From a virus (Duplodnaviria > Caudoviricetes), in IMG/VR virus record IMGVR_UViG_3300027672_000032, positions 1 through 37,300 of that record: 37,300 nt of DNA. One strand, written 5' to 3'. Position numbers and translations under genes: made by a program. Of the stretch, positions 26,173 through 36,400 are shown in pieces; the first letter of the stretch is position 1, and each line of letters opens with the position of its first letter. The notes under the pieces were generated by a model that saw only the letters and a list, made by a program, of their open reading frames with translations, made no database searches and was not told where the DNA came from.

Positions 26173-26625
26173 ATGGCATTTAAACTATCTAACCGTAGCC
26201 TAGGTAAACTCGAAGGCGTAGATGAGAATCTAGTAGCTGTAGTTAAACGAGCTATTGAACTCACCAAGATAGACTTCGGTGTTACATTCGGTATGCGTAC
26301 CTTAGAGGAGCAAGAGAAGTTGTTTGCTGCTGGTAGGTCACAGACCATGAAGAGTAAGCACCTAGAAGGCCGTGCAGTAGACCTTATGGCCTATGTGGAT
26401 GGTAAGGGTTGCTGGGAGTTGAATGTGTATGATGACCTTTGTGATGCAATGAAAGAAGCTGCTGAAGAACTTGGTGTTGCAGTCAAGTGGGGTGCAGCTT
26501 GGTCAGAAGGTGACATCTGTACGTACCCAGGTACAGCAGAAGAAGCCATGATGACATACATTGACTTACGCCGTAGCCAAGGTAGAAGACCCTTCATTGA
26601 TGGTCCTCACTTTGAATTGATGTAA
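26173..26625 (+). CDS. Endolysin, peptidase M15 (L-Ala-D-Glu peptidase-like)
   Basis: G-x-RT-x-x-EQ, SKHLEGRAVD, WG and DGPHFEL zinc-ligand motifs. Confidence 0.9.
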   Translation: MAFKLSNRSLGKLEGVDENLVAVVKRAIELTKIDFGVTFGMRTLEEQEKLFAAGRSQTMKSKHLEGRAVDLMAYVDGKGCWELNVYDDLCDAMKEAAEELGVAVKWGAAWSEGDICTYPGTAEEAMMTYIDLRRSQGRRPFIDGPHFELM

Positions 26626-26634
26626 GGATACACC

Positions 26635-26913
26635 ATGTCAGTAGACTATAGAGGTGAAAAATTTTCAGGTTACAACAAACCTAAGCGTACACCTGACCAC
26701 CCTAAGAAATCTCATGTAGTGCTAGCTAAAGAAGATAGTACTATTAAGATGATCCGCTTTGGGGAACAGGGTGCGTCTACTGCAGGTAAACCCAAGTCTG
26801 GTGAGTCTGACAAAATGAAAAAGAAACGTGCTAGCTTTAAAGCCCGTCACGGTAAGAATATTAAAAAAGGTAAGATGTCCGCAGCTTACTGGGCAGATAA
26901 GGTAAAGTGGTAA
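26635..26913 (+). CDS. Small basic phage protein
   Basis: IRFGEQG...RASFKARH...SAAYWA motif typical of marine phage late regions. AAGGA RBS. Confidence 0.8.
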   Translation: MSVDYRGEKFSGYNKPKRTPDHPKKSHVVLAKEDSTIKMIRFGEQGASTAGKPKSGESDKMKKKRASFKARHGKNIKKGKMSAAYWADKVKW

Positions 26914-27101
26914 TGTGGGTAGCTATCGTAGTGGCCTGTAGTACTTCACTAGCTACCTCGTGCCACGTTCTTGCCAATCAGGATAGAGTATTCTATAGTG
27001 AGTCTGCCTGTAAGGATGATTCATATAAAATGGCTAGTTACTTACTTTCTCAGGGTATCTTTGCTAAAGATAGTTGTTTAAAGATAGGGGAATCCGCATA
27101 A
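26913..27101 (+). CDS. Small Cys-containing secreted/membrane protein
   Basis: Start MWVAIVVAC via TAATG overlap. Hydrophobic N-terminus and four Cys. Confidence 0.65.
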   Translation: MWVAIVVACSTSLATSCHVLANQDRVFYSESACKDDSYKMASYLLSQGIFAKDSCLKIGESA

Positions 27102-27283
27102 TGACCACACCCAAGAAGTCTACAGTTAATGCAGCTAATAACTACACAAAACCTGGCATGCGTAAGAAGATTGTGGCACAAGCCAAGGCAGGTTCCAAAG
27201 GTGGTAAGCCTGGACAATGGTCTGCGAGAAAAGCCCAGATGGTTGCTAAGCAGTACAAAGCAAAAGGTGGAGGCTACAAATAA
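27101..27283 (+). CDS. Small basic protein (GGKPGQWSARKAQ motif, DUF5872-like N part)
   Basis: Start MTTPKK at 27101. TAATG coupling on both sides. Confidence 0.75.
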   Translation: MTTPKKSTVNAANNYTKPGMRKKIVAQAKAGSKGGKPGQWSARKAQMVAKQYKAKGGGYK

Positions 27284-27702
27284 TGAAGGCTTCTCAAAAA
27301 TCGCTTAAGGACTGGACGAAAGAAAAATGGGGTACCAAGTCAGGTAAGCCCAGCGCAAAGACTGGTGAGAGGTACCTACCTAAGAAGGCTAGGGAAGCTT
27401 TGTCGTCGTCTGAGTATGCAGCTACAACCGCAGCTAAGCGTAAAGGCTCAGCAGCAGGTAAACAATTTGTTAAACAACCAAAGAAAATTGCAGAGAAGAC
27501 TGCAAAATTTAGAGCTTCAGAAGGCGGACTAACTATGAAAAAAGGTATGCACAAGATGCCAGACGGTAGCATGATGAAAGACTCAGACCATAAGTCTGGT
27601 TACATGAAGGGGGGCATGACAAAGAAGACTGGGTATGCCCACGGTGGTGTAGTTAAAGCAAACTGTGGGGCTTCTATGAAGCCTACTCAAAAAGGAAAAT
27701 AA
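27283..27702 (+). CDS. Basic protein (DUF5872-like) with HKMPDG and GG-motif tail
   Basis: SLKDWTKEKW...ERYLPK...KQFVKQP, then HKMPDGSMM, YMKGG and YAHGG. Confidence 0.75.
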   Translation: MKASQKSLKDWTKEKWGTKSGKPSAKTGERYLPKKAREALSSSEYAATTAAKRKGSAAGKQFVKQPKKIAEKTAKFRASEGGLTMKKGMHKMPDGSMMKDSDHKSGYMKGGMTKKTGYAHGGVVKANCGASMKPTQKGK

Positions 27703-27705
27703 GTA

Positions 27706-28296
27706 ATGGCTAAGATGTCACTAAAAGAGTGGATTAACTCTAACCAAAAAGCTAAGGGTCTTTCAACCTCAGAAGCTAAAAAAGGCGCAGGTAAGTACAA
27801 GAGTATTTCTGCAGCTAAAAAGGCTGGTAGTCTTTATTACACAAATAAAGATGGTAAGACAATGATCGCTGCTACTGCTTCAGATCTGTCAGCCCCAGCT
27901 AAAAAGAGTGGGGGTGTTAAGACATCACTTCGTCCTAAGCTTAGACCTAAGTCTGACGTTACAACAGGCATCACTATTCCAAGAGTGACAACGACCAAAC
28001 TCTCTAACACTAAGGGTGGAAGAGGTGATGGTGTCATCGAGATGGCTACCAGAGCTTTAGATAAAAATAAAGCTAGCAGAGGACAAGTGCCCCCTTCTAC
28101 TGGCACACCAAAGTTTAATGGAGTTACCTTTAAAGAGTACCTAAGTATTGTTAATAACAACGCCATTAAGAGACTTGCTTTTGGCCTTCCTTCTGGTCTG
28201 TCTCAAGCAGAGTTTAATAAGAAAGCTAAAAAGCAAATGGATAAAGCTAATATCCTAGACAAAACTGACAATGCAAAAGCTAGACGTAAAAGATAA
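27706..28296 (+). CDS. Lys-rich hypothetical protein
   Basis: 196 aa, highly basic, contains SLRPKLRP. Confidence 0.75.
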   Translation: MAKMSLKEWINSNQKAKGLSTSEAKKGAGKYKSISAAKKAGSLYYTNKDGKTMIAATASDLSAPAKKSGGVKTSLRPKLRPKSDVTTGITIPRVTTTKLSNTKGGRGDGVIEMATRALDKNKASRGQVPPSTGTPKFNGVTFKEYLSIVNNNAIKRLAFGLPSGLSQAEFNKKAKKQMDKANILDKTDNAKARRKR

Positions 28297-28323
28297 CTCT
28301 ACTCTGGATAAAGGCTAAAAGTA

Positions 28324-28686
28324 ATGTCACTAAACAATCAAGGCAAGCCCTCACGTATACGTTCAGTATATGGACACAACACAGGTACAGCTACTGAAAA
28401 CGTGTATACTTGCCCTGCTAACTGTATAGCAGAGGTTACTTTTATTCATATAGTCAATGGTGCAACTAGTGGAACCAACACGGTCGATGTAAATTGGTAT
28501 GTAGCTGCTGATACCTACACCTCTAAGTTCCTAAATAACAAAAGCATTGCACACGATACGTCAGTTACTCATAGTAATATAGATCTAGTTCTCCAATCTG
28601 GAGATAAGATACAGGTGACTCCCGCTAATTCTGGTCACATTGATACTATTATTACTGTAACAGAGACCTTTATCCCAGTAGGGTAA
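28324..28686 (+). CDS. Hypothetical beta-rich, probably structural protein
   Basis: 120 aa, Thr/Val-rich, VYTCP...LVLQSGDKI pattern. Confidence 0.7.
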   Translation: MSLNNQGKPSRIRSVYGHNTGTATENVYTCPANCIAEVTFIHIVNGATSGTNTVDVNWYVAADTYTSKFLNNKSIAHDTSVTHSNIDLVLQSGDKIQVTPANSGHIDTIITVTETFIPVG

Positions 28687-28694
28687 TGACGGGG

Positions 28695-28724
28695 TTGCAT
28701 TATTAGCATTGGTATGTTATAACT
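28695..28724 (+). promoter_or_regulatory. Sigma70-type promoter upstream of DUF1127/terminase
   Basis: TTGCAT-17 nt-TATAAC(T) with extended -10 TG. Confidence 0.65.
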
Positions 28725-28780
28725 GTTTATGTAAAACTATCCTAACCCAAGTAAGGGTTTACTTAAATTAGGATAGAAGA

Positions 28781-28954
28781 ATGATTAAACATATTAAAGC
28801 TTTTGCTAACCGTGCATGGGACCGTCATGTAAAACGTATGCAACGCAGAGCAGACTACTGGGTACTAAACAATATGTCAGCAAAAGACTTGCATGATATA
28901 GGTGTTACACGCACTGAAATAAGGCAGAAAATATATGGGCCGAAACCTCACTGA
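28781..28954 (+). CDS. DUF1127 (YjiS-like) small protein (57 aa), not in ORF track
   Basis: MIKHIKAFANRAWDRHVKRMQRRADYWVLNNMSAKDLHDIGVTRTEIRQKIYGPKPH carries the L-x-x-MS-x-x-x-L-x-DIG-x-x-R-x-EI signature. AGGA RBS. Confidence 0.8.
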   Translation: MIKHIKAFANRAWDRHVKRMQRRADYWVLNNMSAKDLHDIGVTRTEIRQKIYGPKPH

Positions 28955-29300
28955 GAAACAACAAGCATTCTTGGATGCATTGTTTGAAGAAGCCGAAGGC
29001 AACCCTGTTAAAGCTCTTAAGCTTGCAGGGTATGCCGAAGGTACGTCCTCTACTACTGTTATGTCTGTGCTAAAAGGCGAAGTAGCTGAGAGAACTAAAG
29101 ACTTTATCGCAACTCGTGGTCCAGCGGCAGCTTGGGCTATGATGCAAGTAATGAGATCACCCACAGATTTGGGCAACAAAGAGAAGATGGCAGCTGCAAA
29201 AGACTTTATGGATCGTGCAGGTTTTGTTAAGACTGACAAAATTGAAGTGAAGACTGAAAGTCCTTTGTTTATATTGCCTCCAAAAGAAAATGAAAACTAA
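28935..29300 (+). CDS. terS: Probable terminase small subunit
   Basis: LTEKQQAF...A-x-x-x-AGY HTH start. Located upstream of TerL. Confidence 0.75.
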   Translation: MGRNLTEKQQAFLDALFEEAEGNPVKALKLAGYAEGTSSTTVMSVLKGEVAERTKDFIATRGPAAAWAMMQVMRSPTDLGNKEKMAAAKDFMDRAGFVKTDKIEVKTESPLFILPPKENEN

Positions 29301-29706
29301 AACTTGGAAACTACCTAAACCGGAAAAGATCGGTGGTGAGTGGGAGTGGGTACCGTTAGTTAGGGTGGGGAGATTTCTTCCTTTTGGGTATAGACAAGAC
29401 CCCACTGACCCTGATATACTATTACCAATCCCAGAAGAGCTAGAGCTTTTTGAGCAAGCTAAGAAACACTTAAATCAGTACAGTTATCGTGAGGTATCTG
29501 CATGGTTAAGTGAAACTTCTGGTAGATATATATCTCATGTAGGTTTGTTTAAGAGGGTTAAGATTGAGCAAAAACGTAAGGCAGCAGCTTCAATCCAACG
29601 CTTCTACGCCGAAAGGTACAAAGAGGCAGCAGAAAAAGCGGAAAAGCTCGAAAGCAATCGACTTGGTAGAAGACGCCCCGTCGAAGAAAGTTCCAGCACA
29701 GGTTAA
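29290..29706 (+). CDS. Hypothetical DNA-binding protein
   Basis: PFGY...SYREVSAWL...GRYISHVGL resembles the DNA-binding ('recombinase') domain of serine recombinases, without a catalytic domain. Confidence 0.65.
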   Translation: MKTKTWKLPKPEKIGGEWEWVPLVRVGRFLPFGYRQDPTDPDILLPIPEELELFEQAKKHLNQYSYREVSAWLSETSGRYISHVGLFKRVKIEQKRKAAASIQRFYAERYKEAAEKAEKLESNRLGRRRPVEESSSTG

Positions 29707-31126
29707 GCCTGCGCCTATAGATGTAGTTGCAGCACAGCGGGAGATTCTCTTTGAACCCAATCCAGGGCCACAGACAGAATTTCTAGCGTCTACAGAGCAG
29801 GAAGTTCTATACGGTGGCTCAGCTGGAGGCGGTAAATCATACGCAATGATTGCTGACCCAGTGAGGTACTTGAACAATCCTAACGCCCAGATGCTCCTAG
29901 TTCGTCGTAGTACTGAGGAACTCAGAGAGCTTATCTCGGTATCCAAACAACTTTACCCACGGGCTATCCCAGGGATTAAGTTTATGGAACGAGATAAGAC
30001 TTGGGTAGCACCTAGCGGTGCGACTCTGTGGATGTCTTACCTTGACCGTGACGATGATGTCATGAGATACCAAGGACAGGCCTTTAACTGGATTGGCTTT
30101 GACGAGCTTACTCAGTGGTCTTCACCTTACCCGTGGAACTATATGCGTTCACGCTTACGTACTACTTCAGCTAGTGGGCTACCTCTCTACATGAGAGCTA
30201 CTACTAACCCTGGAGGTCCAGGACATCAGTGGGTTAAGAAGACTTTTATTGACCCAGAGACACCTAGAAAAGCTTTCTGGGCTACTGATGTAGAAACTGG
30301 AGAAACTATTACTTGGCCTAAGGGTCATACAAGAGAGGGACAACCTCTATTTAAGAGAAGGTTTATTCCTGCGACTCTTTTTGATAATCCCTATCTTTCT
30401 GATGATGGGATGTACGAAGCCAACCTACTCTCTTTGCCTGAGCACCAGCGAAAACAATTGTTGGAAGGGGATTGGGACATTAACGAGGGAGCAGCTTTTC
30501 CTGAGTTTAACCGTAAGCTACACGTTGTAGAACCATTTGATATTCCTCACAGCTGGGCAAAGTTTAGAGCAGCTGACTATGGTTATGGATCTTACAGTGG
30601 AATTGTTTGGATTGCAGTGGCTCCTGATGAGCAACTGATTATCTATCGTGAGATGTACGTTAAGAAAGTCTTAGCTACAGATCTTGCAGATATGATATTA
30701 GATGTTGAGTCCGAAGAGAAAATACGTTATGGTGTACTTGATAGTTCTCTGTGGCATAAGCGTGGAGACACTGGGCCTTCCTTAGCAGAACAAATGATTG
30801 TTAAGGGTTGCCGATGGAGACCTGCAGATAGATCTAAAGGTTCTCGTGTCTCAGGTAAAAACGAAATACACAGACGACTGCAGGTAGATGAGTTTACAGA
30901 ACAACCACGTATGGTTATCTTCAATACTTGTAAGAACTTAATCTCACAGTTACCTGCTATCCCACTGGATAAGAACAATCCCGAAGATGTAGATACCCAC
31001 TCAGAAGATCACCTTTATGATGCACTGCGTTATGGTGTAATGACAAGACCAAGAAGTAGTTTATTTGATTATAACCCAGCTTCGAATACAGGGTTTCAAG
31101 TAAGCGACCCCACCTTTGGCTATTAG
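29564..31126 (+). CDS. terL: Terminase large subunit
   Basis: YGGSAGGGKS Walker A, FDELTQW Walker B, TTNPGGPGH, ADYG and DHLYDALRYG nuclease motif. TTG start is uncertain. Confidence 0.95.
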   Translation: MSKNVRQQLQSNASTPKGTKRQQKKRKSSKAIDLVEDAPSKKVPAQVKPAPIDVVAAQREILFEPNPGPQTEFLASTEQEVLYGGSAGGGKSYAMIADPVRYLNNPNAQMLLVRRSTEELRELISVSKQLYPRAIPGIKFMERDKTWVAPSGATLWMSYLDRDDDVMRYQGQAFNWIGFDELTQWSSPYPWNYMRSRLRTTSASGLPLYMRATTNPGGPGHQWVKKTFIDPETPRKAFWATDVETGETITWPKGHTREGQPLFKRRFIPATLFDNPYLSDDGMYEANLLSLPEHQRKQLLEGDWDINEGAAFPEFNRKLHVVEPFDIPHSWAKFRAADYGYGSYSGIVWIAVAPDEQLIIYREMYVKKVLATDLADMILDVESEEKIRYGVLDSSLWHKRGDTGPSLAEQMIVKGCRWRPADRSKGSRVSGKNEIHRRLQVDEFTEQPRMVIFNTCKNLISQLPAIPLDKNNPEDVDTHSEDHLYDALRYGVMTRPRSSLFDYNPASNTGFQVSDPTFGY

Positions 31127-31134
31127 GAAGTAAT

Positions 31135-33240
31135 ATGGAAGAAGACGAAATCTTTGAAAATGAAATGGCTATGGACTCTGTTGAATCTAGGGCTGTCGAG
31201 GACATGGATGAAGGTGGGTACTCTGATCCAGTAGTAGGGAGCATTATCTCTCTAGTTACTGAGAGATACTCAAAAGCGTCTACTTCGAGAGAAACTGAGG
31301 AACAACGGTGGGTTAAAGCCTACCGTAACTACCGTGGACTATATGGATCTGATGTACAGTTTACTTCTACTGAGAAGTCACAAGTCTTTGTAAAAGTAAC
31401 TAAGACAAAAGTACTAGCTGCATATGGTCAGATTGTAGAAGTTCTATTTGGCAATAATAAGTTTCCTATTTCTATTGACCCCACTACCTTACCAGAGGGT
31501 GTTGCAGAGTCAGTAAACTTTGAAACTAATACTGACATGCAAAAAGCTAAGTCAGATTTTTCACCAGAAGATATGAAACTTCTTCCAGGAGAAACATCTA
31601 CAGACCTTCGTGAAAGACTTGCAGGACTAGAGAAAAAACTTTCTCCAGTTATTGCAGAGCTGAAAGAAGGTACTGGTGGTACAGCTACAGAAGTTACTAT
31701 ACACCCAGCTATGATCTCTGCTAAGAAAATGGAAAAGAAAATCCATGACCAGCTAGAAGAATCTAATGCGAACAAGCAGTTACGTGTAGCAGCTTTTGAA
31801 TGCGCACTGTTTGGCACAGGGGTTATGAAAGGCCCGTTTGCTGTAGATAAAGAATACCCTAACTGGTCTGAAGAGGGTGAATACGAACCAATTTATAAAA
31901 CAGTCCCACAGACATCTTCTGTATCTGTCTGGAACTTCTACCCTGATCCAGATGCAGCTAATATGGATGAAGCTGAGTATGTTGTTGAGCGTCACAAGAT
32001 GTCTCGCACACAGCTACGCAGTCTCAAGAACAGACCTTTCTTCCGTAAAAACTCAATTGACACAGCTATTAATATGGGTGAGTCCTACACTAAAGAGTGG
32101 TGGGAACAGGTCATGGAAGATGACTCCCAAGAATCTAATGCTGAGCGTTTTGAAGTCCTAGAGTTCTGGGGTAATGTGGATACAGAAGTGCTCGAAGGGC
32201 ATGATGTAGACATTCCAAAAGAACTAAAAGATATGGATCAGGTCTCTGTAAATATCTGGGTTTGTAATGGACAAGTACTACGTCTTGTAATGAATCCGTT
32301 TACTCCATCTATTATTCCTTACTACTCAGTACCTTACGAAGTAAATCCCTATTCAATGTTTGGCGTAGGTCTTGCAGAGAACATGGATGACACTCAGACA
32401 TTGATGAACGGCTTTATGAGAATGGCCGTTGATAATGCTGCACTGTCAGGCAATATGCTAATTGAAGTAGATGAGACTAACCTAGTTCCTGGACAAGACC
32501 TTAGTGTCTATCCTGGAAAAGTCTTTCGTCGTCAAGGTGGTGCTCCTGGCCAAGCTATCTTCGGTACTAAGTTCCCTAACGTGTCTAACGAGAACATGCA
32601 GATGTTTGATAAGGCCCGTGTGCTTGCCGATGAATCTACTGGCTTTCCTTCGTTTGCTCACGGGCAGACAGGTGTATCTGGTGTAGGACGTACAGCTTCA
32701 GGCATCTCTATGCTTATGTCTGCAGCCAACGGTAGTATCAGAAACGTCATTAAGAACGTAGATGATTACTTACTAGGCCCACTTGCAAAAGCATTCTTTC
32801 ACTTCAACATGCAGTTTGACTACGACCCAGAGATTAAGGGTGACCTTGATGTAAAGGCTCGTGGTACAGAAAGCTTGATGGCTAACGAAGTACGTAGCCA
32901 AAGACTGATGCAGTTCCTTCAAGTTGTACAGAATCCTGTACTAGCTCCTTTTGCTAAGATGGACTATATTATTCGTGAGATTGCTAAGTCAATGGATCTT
33001 GATCCTGATAAGCTAGTAAACTCTATGGGTGATGCAGCTGTCCAAGCGGAGATCCTTAAAAAGTTTAGAGAAGCTAACCCACCACCAGCACCACCAGCAG
33101 GACAAGCCCCTGAGGGCGCTGGAGGCCCACCAGGAGTGACTGACACTGCAGGTGGAGGGGGTGGTAACATAGGTATCGGTACAGCCCCTCAGCCAGGAGA
33201 ACAGGGCTTCTCAGCTAATACTAATCAAAGCCCAGGATAA
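31135..33240 (+). CDS. Portal protein
   Basis: 701 aa directly after TerL. FGTG, FYPDP and RTASGISML motifs typical of podovirus portals. Confidence 0.88.
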   Translation: MEEDEIFENEMAMDSVESRAVEDMDEGGYSDPVVGSIISLVTERYSKASTSRETEEQRWVKAYRNYRGLYGSDVQFTSTEKSQVFVKVTKTKVLAAYGQIVEVLFGNNKFPISIDPTTLPEGVAESVNFETNTDMQKAKSDFSPEDMKLLPGETSTDLRERLAGLEKKLSPVIAELKEGTGGTATEVTIHPAMISAKKMEKKIHDQLEESNANKQLRVAAFECALFGTGVMKGPFAVDKEYPNWSEEGEYEPIYKTVPQTSSVSVWNFYPDPDAANMDEAEYVVERHKMSRTQLRSLKNRPFFRKNSIDTAINMGESYTKEWWEQVMEDDSQESNAERFEVLEFWGNVDTEVLEGHDVDIPKELKDMDQVSVNIWVCNGQVLRLVMNPFTPSIIPYYSVPYEVNPYSMFGVGLAENMDDTQTLMNGFMRMAVDNAALSGNMLIEVDETNLVPGQDLSVYPGKVFRRQGGAPGQAIFGTKFPNVSNENMQMFDKARVLADESTGFPSFAHGQTGVSGVGRTASGISMLMSAANGSIRNVIKNVDDYLLGPLAKAFFHFNMQFDYDPEIKGDLDVKARGTESLMANEVRSQRLMQFLQVVQNPVLAPFAKMDYIIREIAKSMDLDPDKLVNSMGDAAVQAEILKKFREANPPPAPPAGQAPEGAGGPPGVTDTAGGGGGNIGIGTAPQPGEQGFSANTNQSPG

Positions 33241-33242
33241 TA

Positions 33243-33434
33243 ATGAATAACCTTAAACCCTTGGTAAATGACAAAGCTCTGTGGGAATCTTTTCTTGCAG
33301 AGCTAGAAAACCGTCTTAATGACGTACATAAATCTATGGAGCAAGCTACTAGGGCTGAGGATTTGTTTCGTTTGCAAGGCCAAGCAGCCTGTTTAAATAA
33401 ATTTAAATACTTACGGGATAAAGTTAATGGCTGA
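33243..33434 (+). CDS. Small post-portal protein
   Basis: 63 aa helical with RLQG motif, packed between portal and the next gene. Confidence 0.75.
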   Translation: MNNLKPLVNDKALWESFLAELENRLNDVHKSMEQATRAEDLFRLQGQAACLNKFKYLRDKVNG

Positions 33435-36400
33435 AGTGGGTAAGTCTACAGGTAAAACAACTCAAGCTGGCCGTGAGGTGTATGAAACACCTAGTGGTGA
33501 GATGGTCTCTGAAAAATCTACTACCTTTAAATACAAAGGTCAGTGGATTAATGTACCTACTATTCATAAGGGATATGCTTATGATGAAGACATACTCCGT
33601 ATGATGCTTGATGCAGAAGTTATAGAACCTACAAGTGCCCATAAGAGTAAGACTGACGCCGTTAAAGCTGCTAAGGAAAGAAGTGAAACTTTAAAGTTTA
33701 ATGAAGGTGGTGATGTATCCACACAAACTGAAGAAGCACTGGGCTGGACTGCAGAGGGCAAGAAGTTTGCAGATGCAAATCCTGTAGAAGTGCCTGAAGA
33801 AGAACAGACTTCTGCAATGTCTATTGCTAATGTGCCATTCTTTAACCGACCTATAGATGCAAGTGAGTCAGATAGGTGGACTGGTGTTGTCGATGAAGCT
33901 GGCAATAAAGAATTTAGAACTGTGTTTGGTGGAACTTACTTTGTAAAACCTGACCCTGACCAACGCACAGGCAGAGAAAAAATTGAACAGGATATAGTAC
34001 CTGTAGTTAAAGACTACTTAGCTAACCCTACTGCACCTTCCAAAGAACAAATTATTAATTTCCTCAAGGAGTCTTTAGGAGATGCTTGGGAAACTTTCAG
34101 TATCCCTGGAAATCTTTTATCTGGTAAAAAGGATTTAGGGGAAGTTACTTTTGGGGATGTCTTTAGTTTAACTGGAGGTACTGCTACGGCATCTACTCTA
34201 GGTAAAGTCCCTGGTGGAAACACTTCTAATACCATGAGAATATTTGGTGGCGTAGGAATGAAAGACGCTGGCACTGGCGGGGGATTTAAGAAAGCTCAGA
34301 AACTTTTAAAGCAGTCCTCAAAAATAGATTCGGATACTCTTAAAGAAGGTGGAATAGATTTTAACACCAATAAAAAAATCTGGGAAAAGACTAACTGGTA
34401 CGTAGATCCTAATGATGGTCAGTGGAGATTCTACATAGACGATTCTAAATCTACAGTTAAGTCTTTCGAAGATATTTTCAAGCAAAATAAAGAATTAGGT
34501 AGGCTTCAGGTAACTCTAGATGAATTTAAAGAAGTTACAAGTGAATACACTGAGGGTACACGTACAAAGTTAGGGGAATTTTTTGAGCATAAAGAGTTAT
34601 TTAAAAGGTACCCAACATTAAAAAATCTAAATGTTGAATTTTATAACGACCCCACTGGCAGAGAAAGCGGCTCAGCAACAAAGGAGCTTGGATTAGTAAG
34701 TATTAACTTGGCAAATACAAAAACTACAGAAGCTTTCCGCTCTGTTCTTCTTCATGAGATACAACACATAGTTCAAGCTAGGGAAGATTTTGTACCAGGA
34801 TCTAACAGAAAAAATATACCAAAAGCTTTACTAGATAAAAAAGAAATAGAGTTAGACAAAAAAAGAAAACCTCTTGAAGATGTAAAGATGCGTCTAGAAA
34901 ACGATTTAAATAGTACCGAAAGAAGTCTTAGTAGAAGGTTAGAAGAGATAGAGACTCCAATTAAGGGTCTTACAAAAAAACAAGAGATTGAAATATTTAG
35001 AAGAAGAACTCAGGTATCAGGGTCGAGTGGACTAACTGGACCGTCTTGGGCTTCTATTGGAAGAGACTATGGAGTTTCCTCGGGCCAGGTCCAAAAAGCT
35101 TGGGCTAGACAAAATGGGGTATCTAACTTTACCAAAGAAATAGCTGAGCTAAATAAAGAGATTTTAAAAACTACCCGTCGGATGCTGGAAATAGATAAAG
35201 AAACCTTAGGAGCAGATCTGGAATTTTATTTTGGCGCAGGGGGAGAAATTGAATCCCGTGTAGTGCAGTCTATGGCAGAAGTTGGTGCTAGGAAATTCCC
35301 TATTGAGGCTAGGGCCGAGATGCTACAAGGAGAAAAGACTAACTATCAGTATCGAGGCAGAGACGGAGTAGACCCTTTTGTGTATCAGAACCAACCAAGA
35401 AAAGAACCAGATAAAGTTCCCTTTTTAAATAGGCTTAGGGGGTACGTTACTGGTAAGCAGGATTTTACCCAAGAATTTGCCCAAGGAGGCGTAGTAAACG
35501 AAATGGATAAACAGATGAACCTATTCGCAAGAGGTGGCCTTGGTGACGACGGTATGACTCGTGACCCAGTGTCGGGCAATGAAATTCCTCCTGGATCAAT
35601 GGCAGAAGAGGTTCGTGACGATATTCCAGCGCAACTGTCTGAAGGTGAGTATGTCGTACCTGCTGATGTTGTACGTTTCTTTGGTGTAAAATACTTTGAA
35701 GATTTACGTTCTGAAGCTAAAATGGGCTTGTCAAACATGGAAGCTAATGGTAGAATAGGTGGTGAACCTGTTGAACCACAGATGGCTCAAGCTGGTGACC
35801 CCTCTGAAATTACTGATGAAGACCTAGCTCAACTAGAACAGATGCTATCTACTGGTGTAGCCAATGGTGGCCTCATGGACAAGCTAGTCTTTGCTGCTAA
35901 GAATGACCAAGTGATTAACCAGAGACTTAATGCTGGTGGTGTAGTTGTAGGTTATGCTGGGGGTGGACAAGTCTCTGCTCCAACTGCTTCTTATGCTGAC
36001 CCTAATAGAGTTGATGCAGTTATTAATCAAGTAATGGCAGCTATCCAACAGAAGCCAGAGCTACTACAAGAACTTTCTAAGCGTGGTATCCAAGTTAGCA
36101 GAACTAACCCTAACATGCAACCACAGCAAATGGACCAAGCTAACCCTCCACAAGAAGCTACTAGTTCTTTTGCGGAAGGTGGATACTCCAGTTCTGCTCC
36201 AGGACTTCCTTCATGGGCTACTACACTTGGTGGCTCTTATATGCAACCAGCTGGTTCTGTTCTACCACCAGTCCCTGCAGTGGCTCCTGTAGTAGGTACA
36301 GCACCACCCGCAGCTTCAACTGGACCTAGCTCCGTTGCTGAATCTTGTGCTGCTATGGGCATGGACTTTGACCCAATTACAGGTACTTGTGTACTAAAAA

